Positions 13,100-23,356 are shown, numbered from the stretch's first letter. The stretch: DNA of 64,000 bases from Camelus ferus (GCF_009834535.1 NC_045696.1:63490001-63554000); one strand, 5' to 3'. A program made the numbers and translations. Notes: a model not told the origin generated them from the sequence alone.

Positions 13100-14350
13100 T
13101 GTCTTTTCAGCGTTCGCTGCGCTCTCAGTAGGTGCTCGGGGTTTTCGGAGGCGAGCCTCATTTTTTAAGGAGTCCCGAGTTGCCGTCTGCCGGCTCTGTC
13201 TGTTTTGGGACGACGGTGTGGGCTGAGCCGCCCTTGCCCGGCCGCTCCCAGCTCCGGCCCCCCCTGCCCCGGCCAGGCCTGACGCTTGGCAGGGCTCCGC
13301 CGGCCGCGAGGGCCTCCGCTGCCCCGACACTGGCCTCGGCCCAGTTTCCCGGCTGCTAAATGCGGCCCGGAGCTACCGGGGGAACTGGAAAAACACTGGC
13401 AGGCGGCCCCACCCCCGGGCCCGGCGGGCCGGGCGGCCGCGTTTCTGCGGCTAAGGCCTGCTGCTTGGGAGGCGCTGGGGCCCCGGGCGGGGAAGCGGGG
13501 GAGGCGGCCGGGCGCGGGCGGCTGCCTGCCTGTCAGCGGGAGCGGGCGCGGGCTCGTGTGTCAGCGGCTCCCTCCTCCCTCTCCCCCGCCGCCGCCCGCC
13601 CGCCCGCCCGCCGGGCCTCCCGGCCTCCTGCCGCCGCCGCCGCCGCCCGCTCCCCCCGCGGCCTGGCAGGCTGCCGGCTGCACAGGCGGGGGTTCGCGCC
13701 GTTCTCACGACCTCTCAGGTTGCCTGAGCTCATCTGGGAGCTATTCATTTCCTGCCAGAAAGCAGCCGGGCCTGCTAAGCAAACCACCTTGGCCGCAGGG
13801 CCGCCAGGGCTGGCCCGGCGTGGCCGCCCCGGCCTGCTTCCCGCCCGGGCCGCGCGGGCCCCGGCGGCCTCCCTGGAACCCCCGGGCCGCCCCGGCGGGC
13901 GCGCGGCGGGGGCAGCTCGGCCGCCCATCTGGTTGCACTTAGGAGCCGGGGAGGAAGCTAGCAGCGGGTTGTTACCGGCCAAGGGGTGTGGGAAAAGTTA
14001 ATTGACTTTAATGACAGGTTTCCCGGGACGGCGGTGACGATGAGGGGGTCCGGCTTAACCCCTAGGTCCCCACTCCAGCAACACGTGGGGCGCGCCTGCC
14101 AGTCGCGACAATTCACCGCTTAGAGACGGCTCCCGTCTAGGAGAGCCAGGAGAGCCCCCCCCTTCCAGTTCAGCGCCTTTCCCCCTCCGGATGCTGCCGG
14201 GGACGGCGGGGGGCCGGGGCCCCGAGGGTCTCCATTGAGAGGCTAATGCGCGCGGCGGCCGAGGCCGGCAGCCCGCATCCGGACGTGGAGCTGGGAGCTG
14301 CGTCTTATCTCCTGGAGCCATCGGCAACGCCCGGGGCGGGGGGTGGGGGG
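13100..14350. promoter_or_regulatory. CpG island downstream of HES1
   Basis: Very GC- and CpG-rich with GCC repeats; no credible coding frame. Confidence 0.9.
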
Positions 14351-14874
14351 GTGGGAGAGGGGCTGCTGAGGCGCTGTAATTCGTTCAGGCCCGAGGGATT
14401 TGGGTGGGGGCAAGACTAAAGTCGTCTTTGTAGCTTCTCCTCTCCCCCAACTAATTACTCCAGAAACAGCCTGGGTGCAGGAGGGCACGAGGCCTTAGAA
14501 ATAAGCCCACTCATTTTACGGACTTGGAAATGACCCAGAGAAGGGAAATGACTCATCCAAAGTGACACTGAGTTTGGTGGCATGGCTGGCACAAGAGCCT
14601 GAACATCCTCATTGAGGGGCCTAGGGTCTCTTCCCATTCTTCCCATATTGTACAGAAAAGCCTCCTCTGCTAGTCTAAACCCAAATTTCAGGGGAAAAAA
14701 GACCATTTTCAAACTACCAATTATTTTCAAATGAACAAATTTTTACTTCTTTTAAATTTATTACTCCCCCTATATGTGTATACCTCTGATATTAATAAAA
14801 ATCTACTTTTTCAGTTCTTCCCCTTTAGCACAGGGAAAGACAGAGATTTAGTTTTAGGTTGGTGTAGTGATTGC

Positions 14875-14876
<2 letters not shown>

Positions 14877-14916
<40 letters not shown>

Positions 14917-14925
14917 GTGTGTGTG
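14877..14925. repeat. (TG)n microsatellite; a second (TG)n at about 15128-15151
   Basis: Read directly. Confidence 0.95.
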
Positions 14926-16621
14926 AATTTTTGAGACCTTAAACGTACTTTGATAAAAATGAGACCCTGATGTCTCCATTATGTCTCCTGGGACACTTCC
15001 AGTGGGGCCAGAGGACACATTTACCAAATGAAGCATTTGAGCTTGGGTTGGATGTCTTAAAAGAGCAATTGTTGTTATGTTTGCATTTAAACAAAGAGGG
15101 AAATGGCAGAAAAACGATGTGATAAGGGTGTGTGTGTGTGTGTGTGTGTGTTTGTGTTTCTTTGAGGGAAAGGTGTGTTGGACTCTGTTCACATACACAA
15201 AATAAAACAAGTAGGAGCCAAAAATTTTCAAGTATCTTTTAAACCACCCATTCTGGGTCTGAAGCTGGGTGGAAGGTATTTGAGTCAGTAGAAAACTGAC
15301 TGCTGTCTGCTAGATCATTCCTGTGATAGAGCGGCTCTCCACACTGGCCTGTGGGAAAGGCCAGCTAGGCGGGGGAGAGGTAAAGCTTTTGAAACAAGAC
15401 AGAAAATCGTTGGCTTTATCTTTGTTAGGAAGGCTTCAAAGATTGATCTCTCCCGCCTCATCCTTCTCCTCCCAGAAGCCCTTCTAAAAGAAGGGGGGGG
15501 GGGTGAGCGGAGGCCGGCGGGAGGGGCCAGGGCAGGGAGGAGGACTGGCCGGCGGTGGGGGAGGAGGGCGCGCCCGCCAGACCCACAGCGCGGCTGATGT
15601 GTCTGGTCTCGCAGGGCTCGTGGTTTTCATTTCCCCAACACCTGGATGCAGTCAAACACCTGGCCAAATCTGACAAAATCTGACAAGCCTTTGTGATGGG
15701 ATTTGGAAGAAATTCCCTGCAGATCCTGGCACAGTTTAAAGTTGTCCGCTTTGAGTTAGGACTTGTTAAGGAGGGTTATGTGAGCTGAAACCCGAGACAA
15801 CCCTTTTGCTTCTATCTGGAGCCCACATCTTGCCTGGAAATGGGGCATGACCAAGCAAAGGGGTCGCTTGCTGTTTGTATTAAAAGGGGAAGATGGCCTG
15901 TGAGCTTGCCAGCACGGCCCCCACATGCTTTCTCTATTAGAGCCAAGCACAGAAACTTATCAAAAACATATGTCTGGTGTTAATCATCTGGAATCGGGGT
16001 CCACTTGGGAGTCTGACTAGCTGTTCCTTGGCAGAAGGAATCCGTTGACCTTCTCAGCTTGCTTGAAGAGGGTGCAGAGAGGGATTTCAGATTTTAGATG
16101 CTGGTACAAGGCAATGTCTAGCTGCACCTAAACATTGACCAATTAAAGGAAGATTCCCAACACTTGAAGGCTGGAGGTTGCAGCGATTAAGAGTGTTTTA
16201 CTTGGATGTTGGTGAGCTACTCCAGGGCAGACATGCTGCAGGAGCCACCCGTAAATGTGCAGTGGGTAATAGGACCAGATGAAGTAACTTCATGAATTCA
16301 GCCCTGCTCAACCTCCTTCAGAGAGAACCAGGACTTAATGACTTACCCAAATGCAACTTAAAAAGTTTTTGAAATACTTTAAGAGATTGGCCACAAATTC
16401 ATCAGGGAAGCCAATCAGATGGGTTCTCGCAAATTAAATGGAATTTAGTTCAAGGAGGGTTGGTGAAAGTTTTGATGGATTAAAAAAAAAAGTTCACTTA
16501 ATAACAAAAGAGCCAATTCCTGAGTTCTCAGATTAGAAGTAATTCAAATTCTGCCAAGACCTTTTTTTATCCATTATGAAATAATCAATTCTAAGACATA
16601 GTAGCCTTCACTCTTTTTTCT

Positions 16622-16627
16622 TTTATT
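16622..16627 (-). terminator. Candidate polyadenylation signal AATAAA
   Basis: Plus strand tttatt about 350 nt after the stop; a weaker GATAAA lies near 16571-16566. Confidence 0.6.
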
Positions 16628-16683
16628 ATATTTTCTCAAATAAACTTCCCCAGAGGAAGATATTTTAAGAGCATTTTCAGACA

Positions 16684-16690
16684 TCTTTGG
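16684..16690 (-). promoter_or_regulatory. miR-9-5p seed site (CCAAAGA, 7mer-A1) in HES1 3' UTR
   Basis: Plus strand tctttgg equals miR-9 nt 1-7; miR-9 repression of Hes1 is established. Confidence 0.85.
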
Positions 16691-16973
16691 CATCACATAA
16701 AAAAGAAATCTCGTGTAAAAAACGAAATGTCATCTGAACTTTTATAATACAAAGGCGCAATCCAATATGAACATATAAAATATATACAAATATAGTGCAT
16801 GGTCAGTCACTTAATACAGCTCTCTACAAAAAAGTAACTTTAGAAATTAAAAAACCCAAAATAACCACTTAATCACAAAAGTCCTCTCTTCTATCCCAGC
16901 GTCCAAGTTCCTGTTTAGTGTCCCGAAGGAAAAGAGGTGGGTTGATATTTAGGGAGAGGGGTGGCCTGACCCC

Positions 16974-17524
16974 TCAGTTCCGCCACGGCCTCCATACGGA
17001 GTCCGCCGTGAGCGAGGGGCCGCTGGAAGGCGACACTGCGTTGGGGCCCACAGAGGTCCCGCTGTTGCTGGTGTAGACTGGGATGACGGGGCCGCTGTGA
17101 GCGAAGGCCCCGTTGGGGATGAGGAAGGCAAACTGGCCGTCAGGAGCCGGCACCACCTGGAAGCCGCCGAACACCTTAGCCGCCTCTCCAGCTGGGCTGC
17201 CCAGCTTGCAGGGCGCGCCGCCGGGAGGGGGCGCCGCACCCCCGGGGATGGGCACGAGCGGCGGTGGAGGCGCGAACGGCGCGTGCTGCGGGCCGCCGGG
17301 TCCAGGCGGGGGCGGCGGCGGCGCCTGCAAGGCGGGGTGCGGCTGCCCCGGGTAGGTCATGGCGTTGATCTGGGTCATGCAGTTGGCCAGGTGGCCGAGT
17401 AGCCGGGTGCGCACCTCGGTGTTAACGCCCTCGCACGTGGACAGGAAGCGGGTCACCTCGTTCATGCATTCGCTGAAGCCGGCACGGTACTTCCCCAGCA
17501 CGCTCGGGTCTGTGCTAAGGGCGG
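16974..17524 (-). CDS. HES1: HES1 coding exon 4 (551 nt: Orange domain, Pro-rich region, WRPW TLE/Groucho motif, stop)
   Basis: Acceptor CCACAG|CC; Orange domain [34 protein letters not shown]; ends WRPWRN-TGA. Exon sum 108+96+88+551=843 nt = 280 aa plus stop. Confidence 0.99.
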
Positions 17525-18430
17525 CTGTGGGCCAGAAGGAGACAGACGGGTCACCGAACGGCCCCGGCCCCAAGGCCACCGCCTCCGCCCTGGGAGGTCC
17601 TTGCAGCGCGCCTCCCTGACCAACCGCCCGCAGAACTGCCTCTGGCTACCGGGGTGGGTTTAGAAAAACCATCCGCCTCTCCACACTAGCTTGGCGACCT
17701 GAGCCAAGACTCTCCCTCTCTGTTCCGTGTCGCTCAATTTAAACCGATCTCAGCCCCAGATCTGCGTCCCTTCCGCCCCCGCGCGATGTGACCTTGGATA
17801 ATGCCCTTCTCCCCTTCTCTACCATCCAAGCCTTATTTCCCCTTATGCAGTGGGGGAGGAGGGAGTGCTAAACCAGATGACCCCAGGCTCCACGCAGCTT
17901 AAAAACTGCCACGGTTCTGAGTCCTTTCGCCCCACCCGCTTCCCGCATTGCCAAGCAGCCCGTCGCCCTCGCCGCTACAACCTCTCTCCCTCCCTTTCCG
18001 GAACAGTAACAACTTGGAGTTGTGGCTATAAATAAGCCCCAGACCGTGGGAACACAAGAGTGAGCCAAGGCAGTAAAATGTAGCTGAATGCCTCTCACAA
18101 CCACGGGCGGAAGTCTGGAAGAAATCACCGCGGGGCAGGACGGACGCCCGCAGAGGGGGACGCGGCGAGCCGCCCTCACCCGTCATCTGCGCCCGCTGCA
18201 GGTTCCGGAGGTGCTTCACTGTCATTTCCAGAATGTCCGCCTTCTCCAGCTTGGAATGCCGCGAGCTCTGCACAGAAGAGGAGGCAAAGGAGGAAAGTGA
18301 GAGCCCCCGCCAGCAGCCTTGGACTGCTGGGGGTCCCTCCCCCCGGCCCCGGACCCCGGCTAGAGCGGCCCAGCCCTCCCGCCTCCGAGAATGCAGTGCA
18401 GGCGGGGAAGATCCCGCCGGCGGGGGGTGG
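16975..18430. promoter_or_regulatory. Intragenic CpG-rich region (exon 4 to intron 2)
   Basis: High CpG density visible across exon 4, parts of intron 3, exon 3 and intron 2. Confidence 0.75.
18180..18267 (-). CDS. HES1: HES1 coding exon 3 (88 nt, loop and helix 2: [29 protein letters not shown])
   Basis: Acceptor TGTGCAG|AGC, donor [19 protein letters not shown] motif; phase fits exons 2 and 4. Confidence 0.99.
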
Positions 18431-18502
18431 GGGTTTCATTCTTAATACCTGAGAAATAGTATTTAATTTTTTAACTAAAATAAAGCAGTATTACCCACTT
18501 AC

Positions 18503-18598
18503 ATCTTTTTTAAGAGCATCCAAAATCAGTGTTTTCAGCTGGCTTAGACTTTCATTTATCCTCGCTCTCCGTCTTTTCTCCATGATAGGCTTTGAAGA
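18503..18598 (-). CDS. HES1: HES1 coding exon 2 (96 nt, basic region and helix 1: [32 protein letters not shown])
   Basis: Translated by hand (not in the ORF track). Acceptor poly-T...CTCTACAG, donor GAT|GTAAGT. Basic region has the Hairy/E(spl) proline (KPIMEKRRR). Confidence 0.99.
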
Positions 18599-18740
18599 CT
18601 GTAGAGGAGAAAAAAAAAAAAAAAAGTCCTGAGTTCCCAAGGGACCTGCCATTTCACCCTGGGATTTTAAGGGAGAAAAGAGCCCCCCAACCCCGACTTA
18701 ATTTCTTGTGGCTGCAGAGAGATACAGGTACTGCCCTTAC

Positions 18741-18848
18741 CTTTCTGTGTTCAGATGCTGTCTTTGGTTTATCCGGTGTCGTGTTGACACTGGCTGGGGT
18801 AGCAGCCACCGGGGACGAGGAATTTTTCTCCATTATATCAGCTGGCAT
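18741..18848 (-). CDS. HES1: HES1 coding exon 1 (108 nt, [36 protein letters not shown])
   Basis: ATG at 18848-18846; translation matches the known HES1 N-terminus; followed by donor AAG|GTAAGG (plus strand cttac ends at 18740). Confidence 0.99.
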
Positions 18849-19088
18849 TTTCTGTTTTGTTTTTTTTTTTAAATCCCTAGAGAATTTTATTTTTGGAGTT
18901 CACACAAAAATACTGTTTTGTTTGTGTCCCTTTTACCTGAGACTTTAGCAAAACTACTGAGCAAGTGCTGCGGGTTTATTATAATATCTTATGGCTACTT
19001 GGTGATCGGTAGCGCAATTCCAGGACCAAGGAGAGAGGTAGACGGGGGATTCCGCTGTTATCAGCACCAGCTCCGCATCCAGTGTGAT
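18849..19088 (-). other. HES1: HES1 5' UTR (TSS approximately 19085-19090)
   Basis: Starts about 25-30 nt downstream of the TATA box; resembles the recalled HES1 mRNA 5' end (ATCACAC...GGAGCTGGTGCTGATAACAGCGGAATCCCCCG). TSS inferred. Confidence 0.8.
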
Positions 19089-19108
19089 CCCCAGGCCCTG
19101 GCGGCCTC

Positions 19109-19117
19109 TATATATAT
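19109..19117 (-). promoter_or_regulatory. TATA box (ATATATATA)
   Basis: AT tract within GC-rich sequence about 25-30 nt upstream of the inferred TSS. Confidence 0.9.
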
Positions 19118-19126
19118 CTGGGACTG

Positions 19127-19265
19127 CACGCGAACGGCTCGTGTGAAACTTCCCAAACTTTCTTTCCCACAGTAACTTTCAGCCAATAGGAGGAGGAGAC
19201 ACGCGGCACCGCTCGTGGACCGCGCCCCCCCATTGGCCGCCAGGCACAAGGCCTGGCGGCCAATG
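19127..19265. promoter_or_regulatory. HES1 autorepression sites and CCAAT boxes
   Basis: N-boxes CACGAG (19138-43, 19212-17) and CACAAG (19245-50); class C sites CACGCG (19127-32, 19200-05); CCAAT/ATTGG near 19183, 19232 and 19260. Spacing fits the N-boxes described for rodent Hes1. Confidence 0.88.
19140..19171. promoter_or_regulatory. Canonical sequence-paired RBPJ/CSL site (SPS): TGTGGGAA-N16-TTCACACG read on the minus strand
   Basis: cgtgtgaa 19140-19147 and ttcccaca 19164-19171, head-to-head with a 16-bp spacer; the well-known Notch dimer element of the HES1 promoter. Confidence 0.97.
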
Positions 19266-19939
19266 GCGCGCGCCTGAGCCCGGGGCACCAGAGGCTACAA
19301 CGTCAATCAAAAGGATTTTAACCCTTTGCCTCTCCCTGCTGGGGTTTGCTTTAGAGAGGATTTTCTCCTCCTCGGGTTTGCTCCACTCTAGTTTTTTTCT
19401 TTTGAGGCTAGGGTCTTTGCTTCTTATTTCCGTTCATGTGAGTAACAGAAGTGCTTTGACAGCTCTAATTTGGCAGAACTAATAAGAAGTTCATTTGAAA
19501 TATATTTTTTAAAAAGCCATAGAAGTATAAGGATAAAATATTATAGTTGCAGTAGTTGAAAGAAAAGGGGGGAACGCGTGCAAGGGTGTGAGTTACGGAG
19601 ACACCTAAGTGATTTCCCGCTCAGACCCAGAACATTGTCGGGGGGGTGGTGAAAGTCGGCCATGCAGAAATAGGACGAAAAATTCCTTTTTGTATGCAGA
19701 AAAGGAAAAAGTGCCTCCATCTTACATTTGCAGGTTTTTCTGAGCAAGGTGGTTTTTGATCCCTGCCCTCCCCGCCTACCACCCCGCCCCGCTCCCCTCG
19801 TTCTTCCCTCATTCCTCTTCAGGAGTTGGGGCCTTGGACCCCGCACTTCCCCAGGAAACAATCAGAATAATTTCCAACTGAGCAGAAAGGAAATGGAATT
19901 TCAAATGAAAGATGAACAAGGGGGGCTTTGATGGCAATG

Positions 19940-21320
19940 CCTCAGGGACGCGCGCGCGAGTCCTCGTCACCCTTTCCCTCCACCCGCCGGCTCTCGGTTC
20001 TGCTGCACTTTGAGGTGGCGGGCCGAGCGGTAGCCTCTCCCTCCTCGCCCCGCGAGCGACCCGGGCAGTCTCGGCACCCGGCGCGCACGGGCCCTTTAAG
20101 AGCTACACCAGCCGAGCTGCAGTTTGACATCAGCCGGCCGGCGAGGGCGCGCCTGGAGCCGGAGCACGTGCCAGGATGTTTTATTGCCGCCGCGGCTGCG
20201 GCTGGGCCGGGAGGATGTGTGTGTGTGCGTGCGTGTGTGAGTGTGTGTGCGCGCGCCCCGGGGGCAGGGAGGCGGGGGGCGGCGGCGGGCGGCGGAGCGC
20301 GGGGGCTGGTTCCTGGTCCCCGGGAGAAGCCAAGAAGGTAAATAGCAGCTGCTGTGCTCAAGCCTGGGAAAACCCCGCCCCCTGCGCCTGGCCCGGGCTC
20401 ATTGGCGCGCGCTGCGTGTGGGGTGTGTGTGTGTGTGTGTGTGTGTCCGGGCCCCCCTCCTCCGGCCCCCGCCGGGCCAGGAATCCGAGGGGGCGGCGGG
20501 CTGGGAGCCGAGCCCCGGCGCTTACCACCCGCCCCCCACCTCCCTCGGGCCAAGGTCAGCCCTTCCGGGCGGGGAGCGCACGCCCAGGGGTGGGGAGTGG
20601 GGAATTATTCCAACCCCCCACTCCACCCCTGATTTCGGGCTTGGGGTTTTAACTCCGCCGAAAGCCTCACTAGCAACAGCCCGGGGGAGGGGTGCGGACC
20701 TTCTTGTTTGCTCCTTGCTCCGGCCCTCCCTCCCCCCGCGGGGCCCCCGGCGCCCGCCGCGGTCACGAGATGCCTGACCGCACTTAGGAAGCGGCCGGGT
20801 CAGTCTCCTGCCTCCGCTCGGCGGCTGCGGTTAAAGCGGCTTCGCGCCGCCCGCCCCTTCCCCGAGTCCAGGGCGGCCGGGCAGCTCCCCCTCGCTGTGC
20901 CCCGGAGGCCGCCGGCGGGCGGCCGGGAGGAGGCGGGCGGCGCGGGCGGCTGCGTGCTGCCGGCTGGCCGGGCCGCGCGCCGGGAGGAGCCGCCGCCGCC
21001 GCCGCCGGGTGCCACGTGGCGGGCGCCGGGCCGGGAGCGCCAGGGCTCTGGCGGCGGCCTCCCTGGGGGATTTGCCGCGCTGGGCGGGCGACACGCACTG
21101 CCCCGGCCGGCCGCCACGGCCGCCTCCCTCCCGCCCGCCTGCCCGGGTCGCCGGCCCCCGCGCTTCCACTCCCTCCGCCCTTCCCGCCGCCCTGGAGCTC
21201 GGCTCGCTGCTCGGGCGGCTCGGGGCAGCCTAGGAGCCGAGCGTCTTGTTTGATGTCGCACCCCGCCCTCCCAGCCCTTCTCCAGGCTTAGAGGCCGCCG
21301 GAGGCCTGGCATACATTTCT
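19940..21320. promoter_or_regulatory. CpG island 0.9-2.2 kb upstream of the HES1 TSS
   Basis: Dense CpG, GC boxes, E-boxes CACGTG (20165, 21013), kB-like GGGAAAACCCC (20366-76), embedded GT repeats. Confidence 0.9.
20217..20445. repeat. Two TG/CG alternating tracts (about 20217-20255 and 20423-20445) in the upstream CpG island
   Basis: Read directly. Confidence 0.9.
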
Positions 21321-23355
21321 CAGTCACTTCATTCCTTCCTTCCTCTGAGCTCCCCACTGAGATAATGTTGTAAATGATTTCCCCAGATCTCGTCCCGGAT
21401 GAGATGCAGCGGTTCCTGACTCTGGGTGACCTTGGGCGAGCCCCTCGTCTTCCTTTCATTATGGAACACACGCTCTGTGCCAGACACTGTGTTAAACCCT
21501 TGGATTACCACGATGAGAGATACAGTGGCAGCCTGCATGGGGTTTTACAGGTCAACTCTGGAGGCAGACAGACTCGAGTTTCTGATTGATGACCAGGCGT
21601 TCCTCTGTTATGCCATTCCCTTGGGGTTTGGGTGATGGCCGGAGAGATCAGGAGAACCTAAAAGAAATGCTGAACCACACCTGTGTGGGCAACACTGTTG
21701 CTGGTCTCTGGGGGATACAGGGATGGATACAATAGTTATTGTCCTCAGGAAGCCTATGGCATAGAGATACTGTACTCCTAAGGGTAGCTGACAGCATGCC
21801 TCCCCTCCCCCCCCCCCCTTTTGGTAGGTCCTAGGTTCAAGAGAGACGGTTATGTGTCTAGATAGAAATAAAATGCTGTGGACATTCAGCGTAATTGAAT
21901 TACTCATAAATCGGGATATCCTGGAAAACTTCCTGAAGGAAGTGGCATGTGCTTTGTATCTTGAAAAATAGGTAGAATTGGGGCATTGGAAATGTGATGA
22001 GCCATGGGGCTGGGGAGGATGGCAGTACCAATGGCATTAAAAGCGTCCACTCTGGAACTTGAGGTCCTTATTCAGGGAACATGGTCTGGAGCCCAGGTGT
22101 GTGACAGGCAGGAGTGTCACACAGGGACTAGAGGAGGAGGCTGGAGGCCTGTCACAAGACCTGTAGCCATCTTGCTTTGGACTTACCGTGAGACAGTGGG
22201 GAGCTATGAAATGCTCTTAGGCAGAGAAGAGACATCAAGGTTCTCCTTTGGAAAGATGGCTCCCGCAAAAGCATGGAGAGTAGTTTGCAAGATTTGGAGG
22301 CAGAAGGCCCAGTTAGAAGGTTCAAGCCAGTAAAGGAGGTTCCTAGGTGACAGGTGTAGACAGACACTCACCCGGAAGCACCTGTCTAGAACCAGCTCAC
22401 CTGGGCGTTGACTGCACATTGTCCAATAATCTGAGTTCTGCAGAAACCTGCCTACCCTTTAATGCAATGTTCCCCCACAACCTTGGAGTCTAACTAAGGA
22501 ATCATTGTGACCCAGACCGTATTCACCTCCCAAGCCTCATTTCCATCTTCCAGAGCAGCCCCCAAATCTGCAGCCAAACCTGTACCTCATTGCAGGCGAA
22601 GTTTATTCACTCTCTCTCGCCCCTCAGGCTGCTCTCTGGGATTTTTTTGTGTTTTCTTAACACACTGCAGAGTGGGCTGTGCCCTATCATGTTCTGAAGA
22701 AATGATGAACAATGCTTCCTTTGTTGACCTGCAACCTGGGCCAGTAGGGTAGGACTTTTCTTTCTTATTTTAAACAGATGGAGAAGTGGTGATGACAGAA
22801 AATTGTCTGTTGCTTTGGGAAGATGTGGAGTTTTCCTGTGTGTTTGACATCCTCTTGGTGAAAGGTGAAGAACCTATGAAGTTACCCTGCTTTCTGCCAT
22901 GCAAACTCTTCAAGCTTCTTAAAATGCTTCTGCTCAGCATCTGACTTTTTAAAAACTGCGTGAATACTCTGACCCAGATTCTTCCAAGGAGTGAAACCCT
23001 TCCCAGGGAAGCTTGTTAACCCTTTCCAGGGTCCCTCTGAATCTATAAGAGCCAGCAACTTCCTCCACTAAACTGCTATGACATTGGTGTCTGCTGTTAG
23101 GCCCTAATTAACTAGTCCGGTATACCACCCCCTGTCCCTTCTAGCCTAAGAGGCTTTGTTTGTTTGTTTGTTTCTGATTCTGTTGTCTCCTCAGGATTTG
23201 GCACCCTGAAGGTGCTTGGAGAATGTTGAATATAATCAAGTTATGGTCTCACTGCAGTACCTAAAACAGCCTCATTGGACTAATAGTTAATAAACAACTC
23301 ATTTATTGCCACTTTAGGAGTGCTTAGACTGGTAGAATGAGCAAATGATTTAAAT

Positions 23356-23356
<1 letters not shown>

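Larger units (their letters stand above)
16600..16973 (-). other. HES1: HES1 3' UTR (AU-rich)
   Basis: U-rich sequence after the stop codon, with AATAAA at 16627-16622; 3' end approximate. Confidence 0.75.

Noticed and set aside
13286..14001. 218-aa and 213-aa ORFs in the downstream island
   Set aside because: Ala/Arg/Pro/Gly low complexity, open in several frames on both strands; expected from extreme GC content, no recognisable domain.
13987..14028. TGTGGGAA ... TTCCCGGG as a paired RBPJ site
   Set aside because: Spacer is about 25 bp, outside the 15-17 bp range.
17525..17579. N-terminal extension of the 201-aa ORF (MALGPGPF...)
   Set aside because: Intron 3 sequence upstream of the exon 4 acceptor with a non-ATG start; not a separate gene.
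17899..18179. Read-through of exon 3 (and of exon 1 to 18654) in the ORF track
   Set aside because: Intronic read-through past canonical GT donors; no evidence for these isoforms in the sequence alone.
19928..21471. Long overlapping ORFs (up to 223 aa) in the upstream island
   Set aside because: Same GC artefact; some translate through GT microsatellites.
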